Part shown: positions 32,591-42,545 of the stretch, one piece after another
How positions within the stretch are numbered: the stretch's first letter is position 1
Layout of the letters: every line of letters begins with the position of its first letter
From: Methanomassiliicoccaceae archaeon
GTDB lineage: Archaea; Thermoplasmatota; Thermoplasmata; Methanomassiliicoccales; Methanomassiliicoccaceae
Length of the DNA stretch: 64,000 bases
Assembly: GCA_963728405.1 (NCBI GenBank)
Contig: CAVSJV010000013.1
Location: 64,001 to 128,000 of the forward strand
Direction: 5' to 3'
The notes under the pieces: generated by a model
Told to the model about the DNA's origin: nothing
Databases searched by the model: none
Seen by the model: only the letters and a program-made list of their open reading frames with translations
Translations under genes and position numbers: made by a program

Positions 32591-32600
32591 AATAAGAAAA

Positions 32601-33143
32601 ATGGCGGATGAAACGAACGTACACGTAAAGGTAGCAATGGCTGAGGTGTTGGGGCTTATATCGATTGCCTTCTTCACCATAACCGTAGGCTTCTTTGGGA
32701 TCAAGGCATACGACTCGCTCGCAGTAGTAGTGGCAGTATCGGTGCCCTGTGGATTAACCATCCTGTTGGCGGCCTACATCGGCTTCCTCAACGAGAACAT
32801 CCTGGTGACGGCCATATTTGGTCTCCTCGGAATGTTCTTCCTTGCAATAGGGAGCATACCGGCAGACGTAGCCGGCGCGTGCGCCATTGGCTTCATTGCA
32901 GTTGTGTTCTTCGTCTACACCCTGATCTCGCTGGCTCAGCCGGTGAAGATGCTACCCGTTATCCTTGTAGTAGCGGCTGTCGCCTTCGTGGTGACCGCCC
33001 TGTTCTACAATGATGGCTCCAACAGGGAGCTTATGGGCTGGCTATGGATCATCGTCGCGGCAATCGCTGTCTACATGGCTGCCGCGATCATGATGCTGGT
33101 CCTGAAGGGCAAGCAGGTACTCCCGCTCCTGATAAAGGCCTAG
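32601..33143 (+). CDS. GPR1/FUN34/YaaH (SatP-like) acetate uptake family protein
   Basis: Six hydrophobic helices; AMAEVLGL resembles the ANPAPLGL signature; AIAVYMAAA. Confidence 0.65.
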   Translation: MADETNVHVKVAMAEVLGLISIAFFTITVGFFGIKAYDSLAVVVAVSVPCGLTILLAAYIGFLNENILVTAIFGLLGMFFLAIGSIPADVAGACAIGFIAVVFFVYTLISLAQPVKMLPVILVVAAVAFVVTALFYNDGSNRELMGWLWIIVAAIAVYMAAAIMMLVLKGKQVLPLLIKA

Positions 33144-33783
33144 ACGGCACAGGTGAGGTAGGACGAAACAAACCCTTTCCCAGTTTTCATTCTTTTGAAT
33201 TGTATTGCTCTCATTAACTCAAGAACATTAGGTTGCTAGATTCCACATTAGTTGAGGAGTACTCGACTGGTACAGAGAGCCCTATAGTATGTAGGATCTA
33301 GAGTTAAGAGCGGGGCCCTCTCCGATACGAGTCATATCATTTATTCTCGCCCCCTTAATTAAGGGAGTCTTCTCTTTGACACAACTGCCGGGTCAGAACT
33401 AGGGGGCCAAAGACTCTGGAAATGAAACCGGAAATTGATGAAAATATCCCTGACTTATTGTATTAAATCCGCCCACATTAGGGGGCAATTATGCATATCG
33501 ATGCCTCATGCTATGAGTAAAATGCATCCAATATGCGGCGGTACGAAATAGGGAGTATCGGTATACGATAGTCTACTATTCTACATTATATCGAAAAGAA
33601 CGCCATTTCAATTTGATATTCGGGAGACCGTTGTTGACTATATTCCACATATTAGTATCATTTTGCTATGTATTGCATCTATTGCTATTATGATATGTAA
33701 TCAAATGATAACTATAATTATAATAGAACGAATGATATCAATAGTCGGGTTGAGGCTATGGCCGAAACCGGAAGAGGGATGAG

Positions 33784-33957
33784 ATGCAAGAGGAACAAGA
33801 TATCGAGAGAAGAACGAGCATACAGATATCGCCGTCGACAAGGGACAGACTGTTCAAATTAAAGTTCCGCAGGACATATGATCAGTTCTTGAACGAGCTC
33901 TGTGATTCCTATGAAAATGCCGTCGAATCTAAGGAAAAAATACGCAATAATCCTTAG
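33784..33957 (+). CDS. Small ribbon-helix-helix-like DNA-binding protein (not in ORF track)
   Basis: MQEEQDIERRTSIQISPSTRDRLFKLKFRRTYDQFLNELCDSYE; purine-rich upstream region. Confidence 0.65.
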   Translation: MQEEQDIERRTSIQISPSTRDRLFKLKFRRTYDQFLNELCDSYENAVESKEKIRNNP

Positions 33958-34116
33958 CTTTTATCCCATTTTTCTTATTGTCTAGCACATAGCTATATAT
34001 TGAAATGTTATAGCGTATAGAGAAGAACAATAATAGCTACTACATATATTGCATTTTTACAACACCTTGAGGCCGCCCCCTGACCCTAATTATGCCCGGA
34101 AACAGGACGTAGCTGA

Positions 34117-34485
34117 TCATATTCGTGATGCCGTTCGAGCATTCGATATTCCCGGCGTTATGATTTTTGAATCGTTGATGGGCGACCTATAGACGCTCTC
34201 CACGACTACGGGTTCCTCTTCATCTAGTGTTGACAGGAAATGTTTAGGCACTAGTTCTTCAAATGTCGACCTGTCAGGAACGATATGGTATCTGAGGGCG
34301 GTCCTCGGAGTCTCGGGATATTCCTTGAGCTCAACAATTACTCTGATAGGCAGGCGTTCGAAAGCACCAACGGTCGGAGCGAACATTGTGTACGGCCCCG
34401 AATCTTTCAAAAAGTCAATGGGGCCGGCCGTTTCAAGGGATTTGTTTAAAATAAGTAATCCTCCAGATTCCCTGGTCGTCTCCAA
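34117..34485 (-). pseudogene. Degenerate fasciclin (FAS1) domain gene
   Basis: GPYTMFAPT..AF and LRYHIVP motifs; C-terminus lost. Confidence 0.65.
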
Positions 34486-34561
34486 GATCGTTCTCGTCCT
34501 TTCCCCTTTAATTCAACGGTGCCACGGATCAGATACTGGCCAGTTAGGATTGTCGAAATAA

Positions 34562-34900
34562 CTATTTTTCCGGCGGGATATCCCTAATGACCGTGACCTC
34601 GTCTAGAGTGATGAGGCCATCCTTAACAATCGCGCTCAACCGGGGCAGCACTGCCATGATTTTCTTCTCGGAATCAACTGCATCGATTACCATGGGCAGA
34701 TCGGTTGAAAGGCGCAACGGTGAAGTGGCGTGCACGAGGCTTCGCTTGCCATAGCCATAAACCCCCTTGGTTACTGTTGCTCCCCATATGCCCTCCTTTC
34801 GAAGAAAATGAACTAATGCCTTGTAGGTAGGTATTCCTTCGAACTGGTCCAGCTCTCCGACGTAGATCTTCAAACGAAGTGCCTTTTCCTGGAACTGCAT
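34562..34900 (-). CDS. DUF190 PII-like protein
   Basis: LKIYVGE, GATVTKGVYGYG, LSTDLP; downstream of crcB. Confidence 0.88.
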   Translation of the reverse strand: MQFQEKALRLKIYVGELDQFEGIPTYKALVHFLRKEGIWGATVTKGVYGYGKRSLVHATSPLRLSTDLPMVIDAVDSEKKIMAVLPRLSAIVKDGLITLDEVTVIRDIPPEK

Positions 34901-35291
34901 CAATGACCCCCCAATAACAGACCGGCTGCCCTTCCGGCGAACGCGCCGATCACACAAAGTCCGCCATTAAGAGTAATATTCCCGGCAGCCCATAACAATT
35001 GTCCCTCCTCCACGAGATTTACTGTCTCCAAGGAAAATGACGACAGTGTGGTAAAGCCTCCAAAGAGGCCTATGAAGAGGAACGCTCTGAACTGGGGAGA
35101 GATATCCTGCCCCTGGACCCAATAGAAGAACAAAAGGGCGATTAGAAAGCTTCCGACGACATGTTTACGACGAAGGTGCCCCAAGGAAAATCCCCCTTGG
35201 TCACATACCCTTGAACGAGGTAGCGTAGAACGCTGCCAATGGCGCCACCGGCCGCCACCAGGAGAACGAGCTTAATCTCCTCGGCTTCCAT
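34900..35291 (-). CDS. crcB: Fluoride channel Fluc/CrcB (frameshift near 35162)
   Basis: GGAIGSVLRY, FPWGTFVVN, GGFTTLSSF. Confidence 0.92.
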
Positions 35292-35864
35292 GCTGGGACC
35301 ATAGATTTATATGATTTATCCTTTGCCGATACCAAATTCTTAGGCAAATAAGTAGGCAGAATAATAATATTATGTAGTAGCTATACGAGCTTGTATTATA
35401 ATCATATGTGCTGATATGTCTAAGATTAGACATTTATTTTTGCGCCATTAAACGCGAAGGGAGGTGGCTCGGCCGTTATAGGGGTCAATAATCGCATTGA
35501 ACCTGCGCCAAAGAATCGTTTCCGGTGTCAAAATGGCGATGACCTTGGTAAGATCTCGGGACCCCGCCATGCAGCAATGATCTCGGACCATCATTCGGTG
35601 TGTTGGAGACCATTGTATATTGCCTAGACCTCGGTAACGAGCACGCCGAGCCGTCCCACATTCGAAGCCCTACGACTGCCGCCGAGATGTGCCGCAAATA
35701 TGCGGCATCAGGCACAGCGGTGGCGGATATTGAGATCCTTTGGTCAATGGCATGGCCGCTCCATCGGTTGGGATGGTGAATGGGGAGATGAGATTGCAGT
35801 GGGCCTAAGGTCCTAACGGCTGTGGGGGGAACATATTAAGCTCTCCAAATCTTCTCCACGGTCC

Positions 35865-37385
35865 GTGAGGACGTTCTCGTTCATCGCCCGAATGCCTGAC
35901 GATCCCGGCGCACTGCACCGGGCCGCCGAGATAATAAAGAGCCACGGTGGCAACATTCATCGCGTCGATTATGATCGGAGGATCGACCCGCACATCGTTT
36001 TCTTCCAGGTAAATGCTGAAGAGGATGCGCCGGAAAAGATCACTCACGATCTGCAGGCCATCGGGTATCTTCAGACATCCCTCGCCACCTTACGGTTCCT
36101 CAAGTTCTCAGTATACCTTCCTGACGAGCCAGGTATGCTTTTTGAGTTCCTCGGCCTCACTACTGGGGCGGCCGCCAACATCGCGTTCCTGGACTTCGAT
36201 GATAAGGGCAAGTACCCCGGCCGTTTGACCGTGGCCCTGACCCTCGACAACGACGTTGTCGCCGACCACCTGCTCCAACAGCTCAAGCTTCGTTGGCGGT
36301 TGGAGATCCTGGAGTATGATGCTACAGGCAAGAAGCTGGACGATACGGTCTTCTACATTCGCTTCGCCCAAGAACTTCGTGAGATCATCAGCCAAGAGGA
36401 TGAGGACTTCCTGATCCGGCTTCTCCACGATACCAACCATATCGCTCAGGAGCTGACCTCGCAGGGACGCGACCCTCACATGGTCTTCGAATCCATCCTC
36501 CGTACCGGGAGGACGCTCCGTCAGACTACTGGGGGTGGCTATTATGCCGACGTACAGGAGGTGCCCCTCAACAACGGCGGGACGTTGTTCTGCTTCCAAC
36601 TTCCCTGCGGAGGATCGGTCTACATCCTGCGCAACGGAGGGAAGCTTGCAATGTTCGATACGGGGTTCGGTATCTATCATCGCGAGATCGTGGAGATGCT
36701 GGCCCACTTTGGCCTGGACCCCCGGGAGATAGAGGGGTTGTACATCACCCACGCAGATGCAGATCATTCCGGAGGGGGCGCGTTCTTCGATGTTCCAGCC
36801 CTCATGCACCCCGGCTCGGTTGAGATCATCCGCTCCGCCAACCGCGCCTATGGATCCCAGATGCAGGGCTCGATACTGGGAGAGGTGTACACGAAGCTGA
36901 TCAACCTCTTTTCCGAGTTCAATCCGCCAACCAATGTCCGGCTCCTTTCTGGGGAGCAGTTGGGCTCTCGTAACGGGCTGCCTGTCCTGGACACCATTGA
37001 GGTCTGCGGCATGAATTTCGAGGTCCTGGAATCCCTGGGGGGGCACCTGCACGGTCACGTCTTCTTCCTTTGCTCGGAAGTGGGCCTGCTGTTCACTGGT
37101 GACTGCCTGATCAACTTCGACTCTCTGAGCGGGGACCGCGAGGACTTTGCCACCCTGGCCAAGAACCTGATGACCACGGTCAACGTCGATTCCGAGCGAG
37201 CCCGCAAGGAGAGGAAGGCCCTGTTGGAGATCGGCGGCGGGCTGGATGCCCAAATGTGGACCAAAGGACAGCGGCTGTTAGTATGCGGAGGCCACGGGGC
37301 CATCTCCACCATCGAGACAGAAGGTCTTCGGACGTATGGAGATATCAAAAGGTACGATGTGGCCGATCACTATTCGGTCAAGTGA
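35865..37385 (+). CDS. Tandem ACT domains fused to a metallo-beta-lactamase-fold hydrolase
   Basis: PDDPGAL and PDEPGML ACT starts; FDTGFG, THADADHSGG, GGHLHG, FTGD, GGHG. Confidence 0.8.
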   Translation: MRTFSFIARMPDDPGALHRAAEIIKSHGGNIHRVDYDRRIDPHIVFFQVNAEEDAPEKITHDLQAIGYLQTSLATLRFLKFSVYLPDEPGMLFEFLGLTTGAAANIAFLDFDDKGKYPGRLTVALTLDNDVVADHLLQQLKLRWRLEILEYDATGKKLDDTVFYIRFAQELREIISQEDEDFLIRLLHDTNHIAQELTSQGRDPHMVFESILRTGRTLRQTTGGGYYADVQEVPLNNGGTLFCFQLPCGGSVYILRNGGKLAMFDTGFGIYHREIVEMLAHFGLDPREIEGLYITHADADHSGGGAFFDVPALMHPGSVEIIRSANRAYGSQMQGSILGEVYTKLINLFSEFNPPTNVRLLSGEQLGSRNGLPVLDTIEVCGMNFEVLESLGGHLHGHVFFLCSEVGLLFTGDCLINFDSLSGDREDFATLAKNLMTTVNVDSERARKERKALLEIGGGLDAQMWTKGQRLLVCGGHGAISTIETEGLRTYGDIKRYDVADHYSVK

Positions 37386-37648
37386 CCTATGGTGGCCAGA
37401 GATATCCACCCCGTCGGACCTCAGTACATATGTCAAATGGTTTTCCCCTCTTTGTCGAGAATCAACGTCCAACATCCATTATCGCAGCGGTGGCGCAAAA
37501 ATTGAATGGCCTAAACTTGATCGCTCCTTTTGATCGGTGTCCATGAATCATTAAATAATGTGCTGGTGATTAAAAGTCGACCACACATAGCGACCAAGGT
37601 AGCCGTTCTCGGTCTCGGGGGATCAGGATAAGACTGCACCGTAAGACC

Positions 37649-38028
37649 ATGCTCACAGTGGCCGTGATATTGGCGGTAATGACCACCGCGATAATGGTCA
37701 TCGCTTCTAGCCTGGTCATGGAGAGCGCTCTAAGCCAGGAGAAGCGGCATGTCCAGAATGATCTGGAGAGGGTGAAGGCCGTCCTATGCTCCTTTCAGAG
37801 CACCCAGGGGAGAACGGTACTGGATTGGGCAGGCTGGGATTATGCCTATGAGTTCATTCAAGATCTCAACCAGCAATATATCGATTCGAACCTGGCAGAT
37901 ACGGACTGTTCCTGGCCCGGGAAATCCTGGGAGCTACGGGGATGAGCATCAGCGAGACCGGGAGGCCAGGTCAGGGAGCACGGTTCGAGGTCCTGATACC
38001 GCCGGGCAGATTTAGATCGATCCCGTAG
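37649..38028 (+). pseudogene. CHASE4 histidine kinase with most of the gene deleted
   Basis: DWAGWDYAYEFIQD..YIDSNL (CHASE4 start) abuts GLFLAREILGATGMSISETGRPGQGARFEV* (HATPase end). Confidence 0.75.
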
Positions 38029-38041
38029 ATCGGCCCTGAGC

Positions 38042-38566
38042 TCAGGGTACCCAGAGCCGAAAATCGCCCCGCACCCCGCTCCTGACCGCCCGTTTGAACG
38101 ATGCCTCGATTCCTAGGCGCCGGCGGTTCGTCCAGTAGTAGAATGTTAGGAAGAACAAGGCGGCATCGATGAAGTAGACGGAACGGCGGGGGCCGATCAC
38201 GGAGCGGGCCTGGGTGCGCTCCATGAACGGGTGGACGAAACGGCTCTTTCCGAGGGTGCATCCCGATAGGCAGACGGTCTTGTTCTTGAAGCATCCTTCG
38301 GGAAACTCCGAGGCGTTGATCGAACCGCGGGGCAGCAGGAAGTTTGGCTCCTCCTCATCGCCGTGGCCGGACAGGTGGACGATCTTGAACCGCCGCATGA
38401 ACGGGCGGTCCTCCAGCATGTCCAGGAGATCATTCTTGTTACATACTGTATGGGGCTCGAAATAGTCGTAGCTTGCCATCTCCAGCAGTTTGGCCAGCAT
38501 GTCCCCTTCGTTCGGTTCCTGGTACTGGGGAATGCTCTCAACGATGAGCACGCTCCGGCGGGGCAT
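38042..38566 (-). CDS. Stand-alone CHAT/caspase-like domain protein
   Basis: IVHLSGHG and LSGC His/Cys dyad motifs. Confidence 0.6.
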   Translation of the reverse strand: MPRRSVLIVESIPQYQEPNEGDMLAKLLEMASYDYFEPHTVCNKNDLLDMLEDRPFMRRFKIVHLSGHGDEEEPNFLLPRGSINASEFPEGCFKNKTVCLSGCTLGKSRFVHPFMERTQARSVIGPRRSVYFIDAALFFLTFYYWTNRRRLGIEASFKRAVRSGVRGDFRLWVP

Positions 38567-38602
38567 CCTTTTCGATACTGCGCAGTGATTAAATCAAGGT
38601 AC

Positions 38603-39037
38603 CTATAGGGGCTGCAGACCAAGGTCGCGAGCCATCTTGCCGGTGTCCAGGGCGTCCCAGTGTTCGACGATCATCCCTTCCTTCATGCGAAACTCGTCGA
38701 ACTCGGCGATCTCGAATCGCTTGCCGTTGGGAGCCTTGCCCATCCACTCGCCTTTCCAGGTGCCTGATGTAACTGCTCTGAGGAAAACCCTGTCCCCTTC
38801 CGCCACGACCTCTCGGACGTCAATTCTCAGGTCAGGGAAAGAAATGGTGAACGCTTTGAAGAACGACCGCACGCCCTCCCTTCCTTGTGGTGCTCCCAAT
38901 ATGCTATGCTGTTCATATTCCTCGGCCACCAGCTCATCGAGGATGGAGAAGTTGCCCTGATCCAGTTCCTCGAAGAACCGCCTTATGGCGATCTTATTGC
39001 CTTCCTGCACAGAGATCTCACTGCTGAACGTGGTCAT
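38603..39037 (-). CDS. SnoaL-like ester cyclase family protein
   Basis: FPDLR..VAEGDRV..GTWKGEWMG..PNGK..IVEHW. Confidence 0.85.
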   Translation of the reverse strand: MTTFSSEISVQEGNKIAIRRFFEELDQGNFSILDELVAEEYEQHSILGAPQGREGVRSFFKAFTISFPDLRIDVREVVAEGDRVFLRAVTSGTWKGEWMGKAPNGKRFEIAEFDEFRMKEGMIVEHWDALDTGKMARDLGLQPL

Positions 39038-39187
39038 GATGCTGCCTCATATATCGTTCTCGTTCCGGGCCTACATATCATTTGTTCCTGTCGGACCAGG
39101 GCGTCGCGGCCCTCACAGGGGAAGCGGTCCAACAAAGAAATAAAATAGGAACCGTGTCATTTCGTGTCAATCTACCTGGGTGATCAC

Positions 39188-40489
39188 TTGAGATACTGGG
39201 ACCCCCGCATCGAAGAGATGTCCAAGTCAGACCTGAAGGCCTTGCAGTTCAAGTTGCTTAAGACACTGGTCTACAGACTATACTCCTTCTCCGACTTCTA
39301 TCACGCGCGTATGAAGGAAGCCAATGTCCACCCAGATGATATTCGCTCCCTGGAAGACATCCGCAAGTTGCCGTTCATGTATAAGAAGGACCTGCGGGAC
39401 AACTATCCGGACAAGTTGTTCATGGGCGGACAGGAGGACCTGGTGCGTTATCACGTTTCATCGGGGACGACCGGAAAGCCTACTGTCGTAGGTTATACCC
39501 AAAAGGACCTCGAATGCTGGTCCACCTCTGTGGCCAGGGCGCTCACTTCGGTAGGGCTGGGCCGCCGCGACGTCATCCAGGTCAGCTACGGTTACGGCCT
39601 GTTCACCGGGGGACTGGGCCTTCACTATGGGGCTGAGAAGATCGGCGCCACCGTGGTCCCCGCCTCGGTGGGCAACACCGAACGACAGATCGAACTTATC
39701 CAGGACCTGAGGGTCACTGCCATCGCCTGTACACCTTCGTACATGCTGCATATGGCCGAGGTGGCCCAGAAGATGGGGATCGACCTCCACAGGGATACTC
39801 TGCTACGCACCGCCATCCTAGGGGCGGAACCGTGGTCGGAGAAGATGAGGGCTCGCATTCAAGAAGGAACTGGCATCAAGGCCTACGATATCTATGGCAC
39901 ATCCGAGCTGTCCGGGCCACTGTTCACCGAGTGCACCGAGCAGAACGGCATCCATATATGGGGAGACCTGGCGTACGTAGAGGTGATCGACCCAGATACC
40001 GGAGAGCCGCTGGGTCCCGGACAGGATGGGGAACTGGTGATCACCATGCTCCAGAAGGAAGCGCTGCCCATGATCCGCTATCGTATCGGTGACATAACCT
40101 CGTACGAGGACGAAACCTGCGCCTGTGGCCGCTCCCATGTCCGCATTTCCCGAATCAAGGGCCGGGTTGACGATATGTTGATCATCCGCGGGATCAATGT
40201 ATTCCCATCTCAGATCGAGCACTCTCTCATGTCCCTTCCCGAGCTGGGAGAACACTTCCAGATCGTGGTCGAGCGTAAGGGGGCGCTGGACACCATGCTG
40301 GTGAAGGTCGAGCTGAAGAACGCCGCTTTCTCTGACAAGCTGGACGACTTTATCAACCTGAAGAACAAGGTCGCCCACATATTGCGGAACAACCTGAACG
40401 TGGCGGTCGACGTGGACCTGGTATCCCCCGGCACGTTGACCCGGTTCGAGGGCAAGGCCAAGAGGGTCATCGACAGGAGGGAGCTGTGA
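39188..40489 (+). CDS. paaK: Phenylacetate-CoA ligase family protein
   Basis: SSGTTGKP, YGLFTGGLG, DIYGTSE, RYRIGD, GRVDDM. Confidence 0.92.
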   Translation: MRYWDPRIEEMSKSDLKALQFKLLKTLVYRLYSFSDFYHARMKEANVHPDDIRSLEDIRKLPFMYKKDLRDNYPDKLFMGGQEDLVRYHVSSGTTGKPTVVGYTQKDLECWSTSVARALTSVGLGRRDVIQVSYGYGLFTGGLGLHYGAEKIGATVVPASVGNTERQIELIQDLRVTAIACTPSYMLHMAEVAQKMGIDLHRDTLLRTAILGAEPWSEKMRARIQEGTGIKAYDIYGTSELSGPLFTECTEQNGIHIWGDLAYVEVIDPDTGEPLGPGQDGELVITMLQKEALPMIRYRIGDITSYEDETCACGRSHVRISRIKGRVDDMLIIRGINVFPSQIEHSLMSLPELGEHFQIVVERKGALDTMLVKVELKNAAFSDKLDDFINLKNKVAHILRNNLNVAVDVDLVSPGTLTRFEGKAKRVIDRREL

Positions 40490-40914
40490 TGAGCTACACC
40501 ATAAAGCAGATCTCTGTGTTCGCGGAGAACAAGCCTGGCCGCCTGGCGGCCATCGCCGAGGTCCTGGAGTCAGACAACGTCAACATCCTGGCATTCTCCA
40601 TCGCGGAAGCGAGCGGCTTCGGCGTGGTGAGGGCCCTGGTCGACCATCCGGACAAGGCTCACGAAAAGCTAACCGAGCTGGGATATGTGGTCTCGACGAC
40701 CGACGTCATCGGGGTCAAGATGAGGGACCGGCCCGGTGGGTTGAGGGAGATAGCCAAAATGCTGGGCGATGCCGGGATCAATATCGAGTACGCCTACGCC
40801 TACTCCGGACGGCCGGCGGCAGTTCTCATCCTGCGGGTGGACCATGTCGAGGAGGCCATCCGGACCATCCTGACGAGCGGCGGCACGCTCCTGGAAGAGA
40901 AGGAACTGGCCTGA
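40489..40914 (+). CDS. Tandem ACT domain protein
   Basis: QISVFAENKPGRL, DRPGGL, NIEYAY. Confidence 0.9.
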   Translation: MSYTIKQISVFAENKPGRLAAIAEVLESDNVNILAFSIAEASGFGVVRALVDHPDKAHEKLTELGYVVSTTDVIGVKMRDRPGGLREIAKMLGDAGINIEYAYAYSGRPAAVLILRVDHVEEAIRTILTSGGTLLEEKELA

Positions 40915-40944
40915 TCGCGTGCTGCGACCCACCCGGTTGGGCAT

Positions 40945-41954
40945 ATGGGGAGCGTCGTGGCCATCGTCTCCCCTTCCTGGGGTGGTCCGCATGCTTTCCC
41001 CAAGGTATACGAGAAAGGGCTGGAGGTCCTGAGAGAGGAATTCGGGCTGGAGGTCCGGGAGATGGACCACGCCCGGGCTCACCAGAGCTACCTTCATCGC
41101 TTTCCCCAGATGCGTGCTAAGGACCTCAACGACGCCTTCCTTGACCCGGAGGTGGATGCGATCATCGCCTCGGTGGGAGGGGACGATTCGGTCCGGGTGC
41201 TCAAGTTCCTGGGCATCAGGAGGATCGTGGACAATCCCAAGGTACTGATGGGCTTCTCCGATACCACCACATTGCTATCGTATATTTCGCTGAAGGGCAT
41301 GGTCACCTACCATGGTCCGACGGTCATGGCTGGCATCGCCCAGATGCGTAACTATCCCCTCCAGCTCGAACATCTCCGGGACATGTTCTTTCGACCACAG
41401 GAGAGGTATGTCTACCGACCGGCCGCCACATATAACGAGGGCTACCCGGATTGGGCCGTGGATGAGACCGTCGGGCGGGTGCTTCGCAAGAAACGAAGTG
41501 GAGGCTGGGTCTGTCTGCAAGGTGAAGAGAAGGCGCGAGGACACCTCTTCGGAAGCTGCATCGAGGTCCTGGAAATGATGAAAGCCACTCGCTACTGGCC
41601 CCCGCCTGATTTTTGGAACGGAAAGATCCTGTTCCTGGAGACCTCGAAGATGGAACCGTCTCCGGACTCGGTCAAGTTCATACTGCGCAATTATGGGATG
41701 ATCGGCGCCCTAGATGGCCTGAGCGCCCTGCTGCTGGGAAGGCCCCGAGGTTATTCCCGTGAGGAGAAGGAGCAGCTGGAGAGGAACGTGATTGACGTGG
41801 TGGCGGGCGAGTTCGGTCGGTCCGACCTGCCGATAATCGCGAACATGGATATGGGGCACACCGACCCCCAGAGATGGTGCTGCCGCTCGGCATTATGGCG
41901 GAGATCGAGCCGGACGCCCCTTCCTTGACCCTCCTCGAACCACCGGTCGGCTGA
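40945..41954 (+). CDS. S66 peptidase (MccF/LD-carboxypeptidase family; frameshift near 41872)
   Basis: GGDDS, GFSDTT, FLETS, GHTDPQ (Ser-Glu-His triad). Confidence 0.88.
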
Positions 41955-41990
41955 AGAGAACGAATTTATACTGCGGACTGGGAAATCAAT

Positions 41991-42536
41991 ATGGAGTCAA
42001 CGGGAGGTCACTGGTTGAAAAGGATCGAGGAGCAGGTCGCTCACATGCCCCGTGAGAAGGGGCTGGATGTTGCTGTGGAATCTGGCGTACTTACCATTGA
42101 TGAGGTTTGCGAGGGAATGCAGTATTCCCCCCAGATCGTGGTGGGGAACCTGCGGGCCCCATTCATGGCGGTCATCATGGAAGATCTCGACGTCCCCCAG
42201 GGAGCTTTTGTTCACTGGCTGCTGTGGAATGTTGAAAAGGCTGAGAGCATTCCCCGAAACCTTCCAAAGAAGGAAGAGATCGAAAGCCCTATAAGGGGAA
42301 GACAGGGTCGCAACTCGTTCGGGGACATCGGATATACCGCTCCCTGCCCCCCGCAAGGAGCTAAACATCGATACCGGTTCCGTGTGCTAGGCGTGGGGGA
42401 GGAACTGGACCTTCCGGGCGGCTCGACCGGCCGGGACCTGGAGCGAGCCATGGAAGGGAATATCATGCAATATGGTGAAGTGTTCCAGACTTACGAGCGA
42501 CCAGTCAGCGGCAATGTACTTGGCAAGGCTCCATGA
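41991..42536 (+). CDS. YbhB/YbcL (PEBP) family protein 1
   Basis: EDLDVP..FVHW, PCPP, HRYRF. Confidence 0.88.
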   Translation: MESTGGHWLKRIEEQVAHMPREKGLDVAVESGVLTIDEVCEGMQYSPQIVVGNLRAPFMAVIMEDLDVPQGAFVHWLLWNVEKAESIPRNLPKKEEIESPIRGRQGRNSFGDIGYTAPCPPQGAKHRYRFRVLGVGEELDLPGGSTGRDLERAMEGNIMQYGEVFQTYERPVSGNVLGKAP

Positions 42537-42545
42537 GGCGATAGC

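Noticed and set aside
33410-33440. Replication origin ORB elements
   Set aside because: Only short GGAAA words are present, with no full TTCCAGTGGAAA-G-string repeat and no cdc6/orc1 in the window.
35292-35480. Fluoride riboswitch upstream of crcB
   Set aside because: No GGCGATG..CGCC / CTGATG consensus is visible on the minus strand, and a TATA-like box lies close to the start codon.
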